Origin: Saprolegnia diclina VS20
Taxonomy: Eukaryota
Direction: 5' to 3'
NCBI RefSeq assembly: GCF_000281045.1
Contig: NW_008246195.1
Coordinates: 59,892 to 108,260, forward strand
Length of the DNA stretch: 48,369 nucleotides
Under the pieces are notes generated by a model. It had not been told where the DNA came from. It saw only the letters and a program-made list of their open reading frames with translations, and ran no database searches. Positions 9,903-23,337 of this stretch are shown here, one piece after another. Made by a program: the position numbers and the translations under genes. Every line of letters starts with the position of its first letter. The stretch's first letter is position 1.

Positions 9903-12604
9903 CTACTCGTGCACGCGCACGTAGTACTCGAGCTGCGTTTGGAGCCAGAGCGGATGATCGCTGCGCGTCTTTTCGGTCTTGAGGACGCCGTACGTAAAGT
10001 ACTCGTGGTCGTAAATGTTGCGCAATTTGAGGTTCTTGGTCTCCATGAGGACGCTCAGCGGCACGTACATGACGTCTTCGTCCCGATGCAGCGCCGTTTC
10101 GATCCAGAAATGATCGCCGAGCATCGCGTAGAACGGGCTCTCGATATGCAGTTTTTGCTTCTTGACGCCAACGAGGCCGAGGCAGAGCTCCACGAGCCGG
10201 TGGACCGGGCGCAAGAGCGGCGTCCGGAGAAGCCAAAACACGGCGAGCCAAAGAAGGACAAGGAAAAGCTGGTTGTGGATGAGGAAGAGCGCCGGCGACT
10301 GCAACCGCGCCTTGCAAATCTCGGCGACGACGATCGCGAGCAGCGATAACGGCACGAAGCCGAGGAGGAGCGCGGCGACAATGTACCCGGGCATGTAGAT
10401 CGCGATGCCCGGCATGCGGTCCATAAAGACGAGGGCGTAGAACACCCACGAGTACGAGAAAAGCCGGATGATTTCGGCAAAACTGGAAAAGTGCCCGAGG
10501 CTGTCGATGCGGCAGCTGTACGTCGCGTCGACGCTCACGTCGACGATCGAGTGATCCCACTGGCACGAACTGCTGCTCGTGCCGAGGTGCCACGCGATGA
10601 ACCCGAGGAACCCGATGAACTGCATCGAGGTGCGGTAGTGGCTCCAAATGACGCTGCTGATGCTGCAGTTGACGACGCTGTAGAGCAGCTGCTTCTTCTG
10701 GCTGCTGTCCGGCATGCGCCGAATCCACTTGGCCGTTTGGTACAGATAGATGGAAATGCGCACAAAGAAGTACCCGTACCCGGCGAGCGAGAGGAGCGCG
10801 ATGAAGTTGAGGATGATGGCTTCGCTGCCGTTGGCTTTGGTCATCACGATCGACGCCTGCGTGCCCTGCGTGAGCATGTCCATGACAAACGACGGGTAGT
10901 CCGACTGCGGCGCGCGACCGCCGACAAAGCACGCGAGAATCGCCACCGNNNNNNNNNNNNNNNNNNNNNNNNNNNNNNNNNNNNNNNNNNNNNNNNNNNN
11001 NNNNNNNNNNNNNNNNNNNNNNNNNNNNNNNNNNNNNNNNNNNNNNNNNNNNNNNNNNNNNNNNNNNNNNNNNNNNNNNNNNNNNNNNNNNNNNNNNNNN
11101 NNNNNNNNNNNNNNNNNNNNNNNNNNNNNNNNNNNNNNNNNNNNNNNNNNNNNNNNNNNNNNNNNNNNNNNNNNNNNNNNNNNNNNNNNNNNNNNNNNNN
11201 NNNNNNNNNNNNNNNNNNNNNNNNNNNNNNNNNNNNNNNNNNNNNNNNNNNNNNNNNNNNNNNNNNNNNNNNNNNNNNNNNNNNNNNNNNNNNNNNNNNN
11301 NNNNNNNNNNNNNNNNNNNNNNNNNNNNNNNNNNNNNNNNNNNNNNNNNNNNNNNNNNNNNNNNNNNNNNNNNNNNNNNNNNNNNNNNNNNNNTTCGTAA
11401 AGTCGGCCGAGTCGACGAAACGCGAGCCGGCGCCCGCGACCACGTACTTGCCGAGGAAGACGGACGGGAGCGTCGTCGCCACCTTCTCAAAGCACTGCGT
11501 CGCGTTCGGACTGTTGGTCGCCGGGTCGACGTACTGGATCGAGCACCACCACGCGGTTTCGCGCGGGTTCATTACCGCGTCGAGATAGCCACTGCCCGCG
11601 AACAGAAGCGCGGACGGGTCGCGGCCGTTGAGCTGGTACGTCACGGAGCCCGACTTGAGGCCCGAGAGGTCGACGAACCCGTCGAGAAAGGTCATGGGCG
11701 TGTAGAGCTGGGCGTTGCCGGCAATGTTGACCACGCCCGTTTTGAACGTCGCTGCGAGCTCTTTGGCGAGCGCGGCGACGCCGTCGGCCGGCGGGTTGGC
11801 GGCCGCCACGAGTGCCGCGCGGCGCGCGAGACACTCGCTGAGGTTTGGGAAGAGCTTTTGGCGCCACATGGCGATCGCGGCCGCGTCCGACGACTTGTTG
11901 TACGGCTGCAGCGACGAGACGAACTGGACGTTGACGTAATCTTCGAGCGGCATGCCCTTGAGGCACAGCATCGCCTCGGAGATTTCGTGCAGTTGCACAA
12001 ACCCCGGCACGGGTGGCACCATGGCGCGGACGACCTCGGTGCCCCAGAGCGGATACCCACTGGCTGTGTACGCCAGAATGTCCTTGTTGAACTGGTCGGC
12101 TTGGCGCGGCCCATCGAGGCTCTGGCGCATGCAGCGGCCGTCCAAGTCCATTTGGAAGATGTTGCCAGTGCCGTAGAGCGACTTGGCCCACGTGAGCTCG
12201 GAACGTGGCACCACGATAAAGTCCAAGAAGACGTTGATGTACCGATCGGCGGGGCGCGGGGCGCGTAGCGCAATGCCCGACGAGGTGTAGAGTTGGGTGA
12301 GGAACCGGCCGTTGAGCACCGTGTTCCAGTTGACGTTGAGCACGATCGTGTCGGCCGTCGACACAAACCCGTACCGAGAGAGCGCCCACGCTTTCAGCGG
12401 CGCCACGAGGTTCCAGACGCAGCTGATGAAAAAGCCAAGCGTCAAAATGTACTTGCGCGTCTGGAGCTGCCCGAGGATCTGCGTGTTGAGCCGGCTCGGG
12501 CGCGACACGCGCATCGGCTTGTCGGACGGCGGGAGGTTAAATTCGAGAGCCATGGGCGCAGCCCCCGGCTCGGTCGCGAGCACCCCGTCCACAGCCGTGT
12601 CCAT
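9903..12604 (-). CDS. Uncharacterised large multi-pass membrane protein (paralog B), interrupted by an assembly gap
   Basis: ORFs on both sides of the N gap align with paralog A (WNT.LNGRFLTQLYT, DRYINV.LDF, TF.DG...LSG..SG..TY, ILACFVGGRAPQSDYPSF, YVPLS.LMET). ATG at 12604. Confidence 0.78.
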
Positions 12605-12890
12605 CCGTGAGCGAGAAAGACGACAAGTGGTGTTGGATGAGGAAAGTTTTGTCGATCTATTTTGAGCCAAGTGTCTCTTGGGCGTTGGACAAACGGTCGC
12701 CGGCTTCAACCCCGGGCTCCGAGCTGGCTACGCCTGCAAGTAAGAGTTCCTAGCGACAAGGTATAGAGAAGAAGCTACGCGCTAAACGTTACAGCGTTGC
12801 GTCACTTTGGTCATGAGCCGACCGAGGAGAGACGAGGAGCATACACCGGGTGGGATGGTATTAATGCGCAAGTGAGGGTAGAAAAGGCTG

Positions 12891-13902
12891 TTACAAGAAG
12901 TAGTCGGGCGTCCGCTTCTTCTCGTTGAACGTGTGGTCGCGCGGGGCCGGATCAAACTGAATGAATTTGCACGTGTCGTAGACCTTGTCGCCGCCGCGGT
13001 CGGCCATGACCTCGTCGATCTCCATGAGCGCGGCCTGGTTGCCGCAGCGGTAGCAGTAGTTGGGCGCCGAGAAGATCGTGACGACGCCGCGGTTGTGCGT
13101 CCACTGGTAGCCCTCCATGACGAGCTGGTGCGCGCGCGCGATGAACGTGAGCCCGTTGCTGCGCTTGAACTGCTCCGTGATGTCCTGCCCAAACGTGTAG
13201 CCCGCGCCGCGCGGCGAGATGCCCCAGCCGCAGCGGTCGTCCGGGTCCGACCACACGAGGTCGCACATCGGGCCTTCGTGGGGCACCTCCTGGACGCGGT
13301 CGAGCGCGCGCGCGTGGTCGAGCGTGTCGATCGACGGCGAGAGGCCGCCGTGCATGCAAAACACGCGGTTCTCGATGAGCGCCGTCATGGGCAAAAAGTC
13401 AAAGAGGTCCGTAAAGTACTTCCACACGTTGGCGTTGCCGTACTTGCGGAGACACTCGTCGTAAAAGCCGTAGACCTGCGTGATCTGGCGTGACTCATGG
13501 TTGCCGCGGAGGATCGTGATGCGCTCGCGATGGCGCACCTAGCCAATGTGACCTAAGGCTCGAGACACAGGGGCGAGACGGTACCTTGAGCGCGACGAGG
13601 AGCGTGACGCTCTCGAGCGAGTAGTAGCCGCGGTCGACGTAGTCGCCCATGAAGAGGTAGTTCGTATCCGGGCATTGACCGCCGATGCAAAAGAGCTCGA
13701 GGAGGTCGTAGAACTGGCCGTGGATGTCGCCGCAGACGGTCACGGGGCAGCGCACGGGCTGCACGTTCGACTCGGCGCTAAGGATCTCCTTGGCCTTCTT
13801 GCAGAGCTCCATGATCTCGGCCTCCGAGAGGTTCTCGGCCCGGCGCAGGCGGCTGATCTGCTCGTCCAGCGACTTGATCTCGCCACGAGCACTGCTCTCC
13901 AT
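12891..13902 (-). CDS. PP2A-C: Serine/threonine protein phosphatase 2A catalytic subunit; one intron (13539-13584)
   Basis: Motifs GDIHGQ, GDYVDRG, LRGNHE and [11 protein letters not shown], plus the PP2A-type C-terminus TPDYFL. Confidence 0.95.
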
Positions 13903-14067
13903 GCTTCGTTTCTTTCTTCGGCCGAATTTATCTGAGGGGAGTGACTGCTTGCGGGTTTGATCTCGGGTGCGGATTGGCCAACCCGCCCATGTCGCCTCGG
14001 GCGGGTTCGCCGCCACGTGGCAACGCCAGCATCGTCGGATCTTGACCACGGACCTTGGCGCCATGCT

Positions 14068-14562
14068 GCCAAGGCCGCTGCCCTCGCATCGGGAACACAA
14101 GCCTGAGCATCCTTCATGGGTCGCACGCTGCCAGTGGGGCCTCACCCCGCACCTGGCGGCCGGCGACAGCAGCGCTAACCTTCTGGACGAATAGTTAGTG
14201 GATCTATCGACTACAACACGAGTCGTTGACCATGAGCTAATGGCGGCTTCAGCATGGTTTTCGTCATTAGCTCATGGTCAACCATTGGACGAATAGTTAG
14301 TGGATCCTTTCGAGTACAACACGAGTCGTTGACCATGAGCTAATAGCGAACACCATGCTGAAGCCGCCATTAGCTCATGGTCAACCATTCGTGTTGTAGT
14401 CAATAGGATCCACTAACTATTCGTCCAGAAGGCTAGCGCTGCTGTCGCCGGCCGCCAAGTGCGGGGTGAGGCCCCACTGGCAGCGTGCGACGGCCCACGT
14501 CGCCGGCGACCCATGAAGAATGCTCAGGCTTGTGTTCCCGATGCGAGGGCAGCGGCCTTGGC
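14068..14562. repeat. Long inverted repeat with nested hairpins, derived from the 3' end of the histidine phosphatase paralog 2
   Basis: 14068-14282 is the near-exact reverse complement of 14328-14562, with a few substitutions and a 19-bp deletion. Each arm contains the 17-bp stem gttgaccatgagctaat/attagctcatggtcaac. Confidence 0.95.
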
Positions 14563-15125
14563 GGATGACGGTGGATCCAATGGCGTGACCATGTACGTGG
14601 CGATAGCAGTTGATGATGAAGCTGCCGTGCGCCACGACGAGGACACGCCCGGTGCGTAGGCGCAGCGCTTCAAGCGCTCCGCCGACGCGCTCGTAAAAGT
14701 CGGCGCGCGACTCGGCGCCGTCGCTCGGCCGCCCGGCCTTCCGCGCTCTCCAGGCGGCGAGGAGAATCGGATCGGCCTGCATCTCGGCCGCCGTGTGTCC
14801 TTCGAGAACGCCGTACTGTTCCTCTCGGAGCTGCTCGTCGAGTGCAACGGGCAGCGTCAGCGCAGAGCCAATGGCGCGCGCAGTGTCGGCGGCGCGGCTC
14901 AGGTCGCTACGTGGGCCATCGATTGCCTGCTACGTCCGGAAGTTCGTCGTACCTCGAGACGATCGCGTCAAAGGGCTTAGACGCATGGAGCGCACGCAGA
15001 TGGTCGCCGAGTGCCAGCGCCTGCGCCTGGCCGACCGCGCTCAAGGGTACGTCCGTCTGTCCTTGCCACCGCCCCTCGGTGTTCCACTCGGTCGCGCCGT
15101 GTCGGACCAGCCAGAGTTCCACCAT
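14417..15125 (-). CDS. Histidine phosphatase / phosphoglycerate mutase family protein (paralog 2); intron 14907-14952
   Basis: MVELWLVRHGATEWN..QGQTDVPLS, spliced S-SDLSRA, LREEQYGVLEG, GAESRADFYERV, VLVVAHGS, IGNTSLS. Confidence 0.9.
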
Positions 15126-15295
15126 GCTGCCGCGAAACCCACTATCCGGATACCTAGGCGCCGCCATCGCCAGCCGGTCCATCACCATTAGCCAAGTAGA
15201 CGAGCTACCCCTGCGAGCAACCTCCAACGTATGAAGCACAAAAGATCGTGTTGCTATCCGACGAGGTCTTAGGCTACCAGCGCCGATCCATGCAC

Positions 15296-16161
15296 CTACA
15301 AGCGGGCGATGACAGCGTCCAGCTCTTCGACGGTGCACACGTGGAAGCCCTGGGCCGCGGTCACGACAGCAAGCTCGACGTTGATGCTCGAGAGCTTCTC
15401 TTCCATGTGCTACATACATCGATGAGATATGGCCTCGGTGATGAGCAATATACCTGTTTCAGGGTGCCGATCGCCAGCTTCTGGGCGTCCGCGAGCGACA
15501 TGTTTTCGTTGTAGCTTTCCTTGAGGTTGTTCTGTGCGCCCTGCTGGCCCGAGCCAATGGCCTTGGCGTGCACACGGAGGTACGTGCCCGACGGGTCCGA
15601 GTAGAAGAGGTGCGGGCCCGACTCGTCGACGCCTGCGATGAGCAGCGCGACGCCGAACGGGCGGCTCATCTTCTGCTTGTGGCTGTTTTCGTCGCTGCCT
15701 TCGCCAAAGCTGAGCGCCAAGTCGCACACGGCCTGCGTCAAGGCGTTGACGCGGATGCGCTCGTTGTAGCTGAACCAGTGGTTCGTCGCCTCGACGCGGG
15801 CGTGGTCAATCAGCGTCCGCGCGTCGGCCGTGAGACCGCTCATGGCCACGCCAATGTGCGAGTCGACCTCCATGATCTTTTCGATGCTGCTGGGCTCGAG
15901 CAGCGGCGACGTGATGCGCTTCTCGACCGCCAAGACGACGCCCTCCGTCGTGCGGATGCCCACGGCCGTCGTGCCCATCTACATTCGTACGCATGAGGCT
16001 CGACCCCACATGCGAAGGTTGTACCTTGATGGCCTCGATGGCGTACTCGACTTGGAAGAGGCGGCCTTCAGGGGAGAAGGTGTTGACACCGCGATCGTAG
16101 TCCGTCCTACGCGTCCATGAGCCTCGGCGCGGTGGCCATGCGCCTACTTGGTCTGGAACAT
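15296..16161 (-). CDS. PSMA5: 20S proteasome subunit alpha type-5, multi-exon
   Basis: MFQTK...[77 protein letters not shown] and [12 protein letters not shown]. Confidence 0.96.
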
Positions 16162-16717
16162 CTTGCGGCTGCAATATGAAAATCGCAAATTGGCCTTTGC
16201 TCCCCACATCAAACCCTGCGAGATTTTATATTTCAAGCTCACTTCTCCGTATGCTATGTTTGCAGATATCTGTTTTCACGGGTATGTTCCCAATTGAAGA
16301 CATAAGGTCATCGATTTGGTATACTGATTCTCATAGGGTATCATTTACGACAGGTTTTCTAGCGTGCCCGCGCAAGATTGGCGTACTTAAGCAGGCCTTT
16401 GGATCTTTCTCGACTAAGTACGCTTTCGATGGCACCGAGCGTCTGCAATAGGCGCCACAGGCTCGATGGCCATGGTACGTCTATCGCACTGAGCGCTAGA
16501 GGTCTATGGTGCATGCGTTCTTGTCGACTCTGAAGCCAAGCGGGTGAGCACGCTGGTCCTTGTCGGATCCAAGAAATGAAAGCTCGCCAAACATCGAGTA
16601 TAAGAGGTAAATTAGCACTGGAGGCCCGGGAGCTGATTTAGTTTGCGAAGCGATATTGATTTATGGAGGGTTAGAGCAACGGGCGCACTTAAACGACACC
16701 AATATCTTGGTGGTGCC

Positions 16718-17260
16718 ATGCGCTCGGACCCGCTGCAGGTCGATGGCCACCTCCACGATCGCGCGGGCTCATGCGCTGCGTAGTCGCACCTCAAGAAGCT
16801 CATCAAGGACGACCGCGATGTGTCGCAGCTCCGGGCCGAGTCGTCCGCGCTCCTCTGTACGTGCACCGCTGCCTCGCCTCGTTCTCTCATGCTGTGCAGG
16901 CGACGTCACGCGCGCCTTCGTGCTCGAGCTGGCCGAGCGCATAGCCGTCGAGCTCCGCGCTGGCGGCAGCCTGTCGCCTGACGCCTTGTACGCTACGACG
17001 GCATTATTCGATGGCTCATGCCCACGAGTAGCAAGGCGATGCTTTTGGCCGAGCCCGCGTTCGCGCCTCTCTACAGCTTTATCGAAGACATGACGGTTCT
17101 TGAGACAAAAGCCATGCTGCGAAAGCGCAAGAAGACGACGCCTACCGCGGCAGCCAGCGCCAAGCGCGCCAAGCGACCTGCCCCTCCGCCCGAACCCGAG
17201 CCCGTGGCGAGTGCACCCATGACGATTGCAGAGGACGACGACTACGACGCAAGCGACTGA
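16718..17260 (+). CDS. Small histone-fold protein (NF-YC/DRAP1/CHRAC-like), predicted four exons
   Basis: A manual splice through short GT-AG introns gives MRSDPLQSHLKKLIKDDRDVSQLRAESSALLCDVTRAFVLELAERI...LSPDAFKAMLLAEPAFAPLYSFIE. This follows the H2A-like histone-fold pattern and is followed by a basic NLS-like RKRKK...KRAKR and an acidic tail. Confidence 0.55.
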
Positions 17261-17397
17261 GCGCCGACCCATTCCATGTCCGTCTCTTCTTCAGTGCCTG
17301 ACATCCTGGAGCATCATGTACTCACGAATAGAACCGGATCCAACACGAAATACGATCATGCTTGCATCGTCTTCGATAGCTCTATACATGAAGGTAT

Positions 17398-19206
<1,809 letters not shown>

Positions 19207-20762
19207 GTGAAATTCGAATTTGGTGCCGAAATCTTCCGCGGCGATCGCACCCAGTTATCCGGATGCCACCCATCAGCACCACAAGAATATAACTTGTGGC
19301 CAAGTCCATCGTGACACGGGCGCGCGTTGGCAGCCACTGGACGAGCGTCGTGAGCTGTCGAGTGCGAAGCATGAGCGCTACGTACAGTATTTCGCGTTTC
19401 AATCGCATGCTCCAGGCATGTACAACGAAAGAGCAGAGGGACATTACGAAGCGGCACGGCGTTCGGTGGTCGATGACGAGGAGAGGAGTCCTAGCATTTA
19501 ATCTGTTGCAGATTGAGCAGGGCAACGCCGGGGCAGCACGCCACCTTGAATGCCACAGGCGTCAATGAGTCACGCCGACGGCCAAGAATCGATGCAGCGT
19601 CGCTGTTCGATGACCCTTAATTATGGTATATGCCGTAAATAACCAAAACTAGCCACATTCAGACGCCGCACGCTTGCGGCAGCGAGAGTTGGGGAGCAAA
19701 TCATGACTGAAAACGAAAGCGCTCATACTTGGCATGGTGATAGAATGCACTATGGAGAGTACGAAACACTATGTGTTATCGCCGTTCGAGCTCTGTGGCA
19801 AGAGTTATTGACGATATATTAGATATACTATTTGAAACCAATTCTTCGTGGTATAGTGTAAGCTTTTTATTAGTGTATTAAATTGCTATTGACGCCGTTG
19901 CGTGCTCTAGAGCGCCCACCGTCAATGCAACATGCCCTCCGTTACCATATAAGAGAGATAGCGCTTTCGGATTCTGCGAAAGATCAACATTTTTACTCGA
20001 ATTTCGATGTCGAAGTCACCAAAAAACGACGCTCGGCAGTTTGTGGTTGCTGTGAGAACCCAAGCGCCTATCATGCACCAAACGCAGGTCGCTGGGCGAG
20101 CCAATATACATAGCCAACTGTGGCAGGCCGCGTCGGAGTCGGTCGAGTTCTCAAACTGGGCGAAAACATGTTGTGTAACTCGGCGTATATTTCGTTGCCT
20201 CGAAAAACCAACGCTGGAATTCGCCTGCGTGCGCCACGTTTGGCGCCGAAACCGTGATCTCCATGATTCCGCAACGCTATAGAACGACAGGAACCGGTGC
20301 GGTCTCCGCGTCTGTGTGGCGTCGAGCGTGGTTGCTGTGATGTGGTGATGGTTCTCACACTATTTACAAAATGGGTCAATATATACTGTTATTTGCCACA
20401 TGGATCATCGGATACGTTTGTGAGTATCAACGTATCAATTCCGGTCGTATCGTCGCCAACAGCAAATTCGTTGCCATAATCGGGTATTAGCCATCGACTA
20501 TTCATTGCATTCAAGCACTACGACCTGAGAGCTAAGAGAAAGATGAATAGCGCTAGACCTCGTTTGTGATGCAATAGAAATGTAGCGCACTTGATACTCT
20601 TGGGTCGGCTCAGACAAGACGAGAGCGGCCATTCCACTCGCATTTTTAGCCAGACGTAAAGCGAATGGGTTCAAAGGTGTAGTGCTATTGTGTAGAGGGA
20701 CTACTAAGTTTCGGGCTAGCCGCACACCAAGCTGTCGCCGTGAACTACACGAGCAGGTGCAT

Positions 20763-21375
20763 CTACGACCAAGGATGCAGCGACGTACTCTGGAAAAGCG
20801 TCGCTTGGTGCGACTTGTAGCTGAGCATGAGGCTTTTGAACTCGTCAAAGTCGGCGCAGCTCATGAGCACGTCGATCACGTCGCCCGTCATTTCGTCTTC
20901 GTGCTCTTGGATCATGCTGCAGAGCGCGTCCATGCTAAAGTCGTCGATGGCTTCTTTCAGCCGCGCCTCGAGAAAGTTTTCTGCGCCAGTATGAATTCTC
21001 TTGTCGCTGCCATACAAACATACCGATCAAGTTGGTGTACTCGCGGAAGAGGTCCATGTAGATGAGCTTGTTCTCGCTCGCGTCGTCAAAGCAGTCTACG
21101 TCGCTTTCCATGCCGCATCTTCTGCCGTCGCCCATTTCCTACCGCAATGCGTCTCGCAAAAGTCGTTTTGCATCTGGACAAAGCTCGGGTCGATGAGCAC
21201 GTCCTGGATGACGCCCATGGCCTCGTCGAGCTTGTTCTCTTCGTAGCTGCCGCCGAGGTCGGCGCTGATCGTCTCTTCTTCCTCGTCCTCGGCAAAGTCG
21301 TGGCCTTGGTTGCCTACGCCAGGACGCTCTCACGCGGCGCGTATTGCGTCGTCGCCTACTGCGGTGGTCGGCCAT
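20763..21375 (-). CDS. BART-domain protein (ARL2-binding protein-like), multi-exon
   Basis: Exons give KLDEAMGVIQDVLIDPSFVQMQNDFCETHC, FDDASENKLIYMDLFREYTNLI and ENFLEARL...GDVIDVLMSCADFDEFKSLMLSYK, which is the ARL2BP/BART pattern. Confidence 0.8.
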
Positions 21376-21489
21376 GCTGCTGCTGCTGCGCTCGGAAACT
21401 CAAAGTGACCGTTTGAAACCACTGCGACGGATCCCAACCGAGCGCTCAAAACGCTCGCAATCTTAACTATCGAGTCCCTGTTGCGTCGC

Positions 21490-22071
21490 TTATACTTCCT
21501 CCATGGCCCGCGCGCTTGCGATCGCGGCCACGTCGTCTTCGTTGGCGTGGTCCATGCCCTGAAGAATGCACAGCGCCTGCTGCAGCGCGCGGAGGCGGTC
21601 GATGAGGCCCTTCATAACCACGTTGCGTTCGTGCACTTCTTTCCGCAGGTGGTCGCGGCGCTGCACGAGCGGCACCAGCTCGTCCTACGCATATGAGCAC
21701 GTGACTTGTCCCATCCTTTGCCATTGGCATACCATGTCGAGAGGGGATGGCGTCGCCGCCGCCGCAATGGCCTCCATGAGTTCCATCGAGTGGCGGATGT
21801 AGGCGGTCTTGAAGGCGCCGATCTTGGTGAACGAGTCCTGAATCTCGTCGCCATGCAGCGTCATGTCCCGGGCGTCGGCGTCGGGCTCGGCGGTCGCGGC
21901 CACGGTGGCCGCCGGCGCGTCGGCGTCGTCGCTCATTTCGGCGAAGTGGAAGAAGTTGGAGTTGGCTTGGAGCGGCGGCTTCAAGTTGAGGTTGCGCGCT
22001 TCGGCAAAGATACCGTACGCGGCCGTGACCATCTCGTGGAGGTGGCCGACCTCGCGGGACACATCCGCCAT
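21490..22071 (-). CDS. Small coiled-coil protein, possibly Mediator subunit 30-like; two exons
   Basis: ORF from MADVSREVGHLHEMV, then a short intron. The C-terminal RRDHLRKEVHERNVVMKGLIDRLRALQQAL resembles my recollection of the MED30 C-terminal helix (LRKE...KN..LK.LIDQLR.L). Confidence 0.45.
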
Positions 22072-22235
22072 CGCCGCTGAAATCTCGAGTGTCCGGATAC
22101 ACCTTCCGGAAGAGGCTACACGCACGCCCCTTTCGGAGCCAGGATTTGGAATGTGAAGCCAGTGTTTTAAATTCTGGATTCTGGAACGCCTTGATGATCA
22201 TCGAGTACAAGCTCGATCGTGATCTATGTAAATGT

Positions 22236-23308
22236 TTAGTTTCTACTACTACTAGGACTACTCTCGACCTCGTCGAACGAGCGAATCGGGGCGTATTCGT
22301 GCGTGTGCTGTCCGCCCATGAGCTCGAGATCGCCGTCGCGCTCGGCAGCCGCGAGCTCCTCAATATATTTGCGCGTTTGGTAGCCGACAAGGCAAAGCAA
22401 GGTAAGTCCGCTCGTTGCACCAACCGCCATCAGAATGACCTTGAAATAGCCCGACTCGTGCTTCCCCGAGAGGAGCGACGACACCTAAACGTCCCGAAAC
22501 GGGGGCTGGTGACGCGTTCTAGTGAGTTTACCTCGGTGGCCGAGTGGCCGAGGTAGCACGAGATGCCGCCAAACGGAGTACCCAAGATCAGAGTCGACCA
22601 AAAGAACATTGGGAATGGCACCTAGCGTACAATGAGCTGAAGAATCAACGCGGGACGCACCGGAAGCACGCTAAGACCGTAGTTTTTGATTGCGATGGGC
22701 ATCCACGCGACGCGCGCCAGGCACACGATCTTCCACTTCATGTCGGGGCGCGAGAGCAAGAGTCCCTACTTGCCATGAGCGTTTGTCGCATCTTCCATCT
22801 GTAGAATCATGGCGTACGAGGGCCCGGAACATGGGCGCGCCCGACTCGAGGATTCGCAAGACGCGAGCGTGGAGAAAGTAGCGACCTATGGATGCGCTGT
22901 CAACCTCGGCGACTGTGACAATGGCCTACCAATGTAGAAAGAGAGGCACGAGCCGGTCGTCTTGCCAACAATCGAGATGACCCAGCCGCCCCAAAAGCCG
23001 AAGATGTACCCAGCGACGAGCTCAAAGAGCGTCGCAGGCAGGCTAGAGCAAGCATAAGCAACCTGTTTAGGGCTATCGTGGCCCACCATAGCACGACGCA
23101 GCACGTGTAGAGCAGTATGTAAAGAAGGCCGCCGGTCGCCGGGTGCGCCTACAGCCGCCATCTTGAGCATCGCCACGCCAAGCACAGGACGTACGCGCAG
23201 CCAGTGGACGCTGTGGTTGAAGGAGGAGGACGACGCCGAGTGCCAGAGGACGCCGACAGCAATCGCAGCGCCGACGAGGACTGCGAGCCCGGCCAGCTTG
23301 GACGCCAT
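22236..23308 (-). CDS. VTT-domain / SNARE-associated Golgi protein (TMEM64/Tvp38 family), multi-exon
   Basis: Hydrophobic exons with LPATLFELVAGYIFGFWGGWVISIVGKTTGSCLSFYIG, KIVCLARVAWMPIAIKNYGLS and PFPMFFWSTLILGTPF. Confidence 0.8.
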
Positions 23309-23337
23309 CGGGTCGTGTTGTGAATTGTCGTTTCACC

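Noticed and set aside
14184..14427. Repeated hairpin units as a CRISPR array or viral terminal hairpins
   Set aside because: There are no unique spacers and no cas or rep gene. The sequence derives from the adjacent gene's 3' end.
19560..20760. Short ORFs in the AT-richer interval upstream of the aspartate kinase
   Set aside because: They lack the GC3 bias of real genes here and show no recognisable motifs, so they are treated as intergenic.
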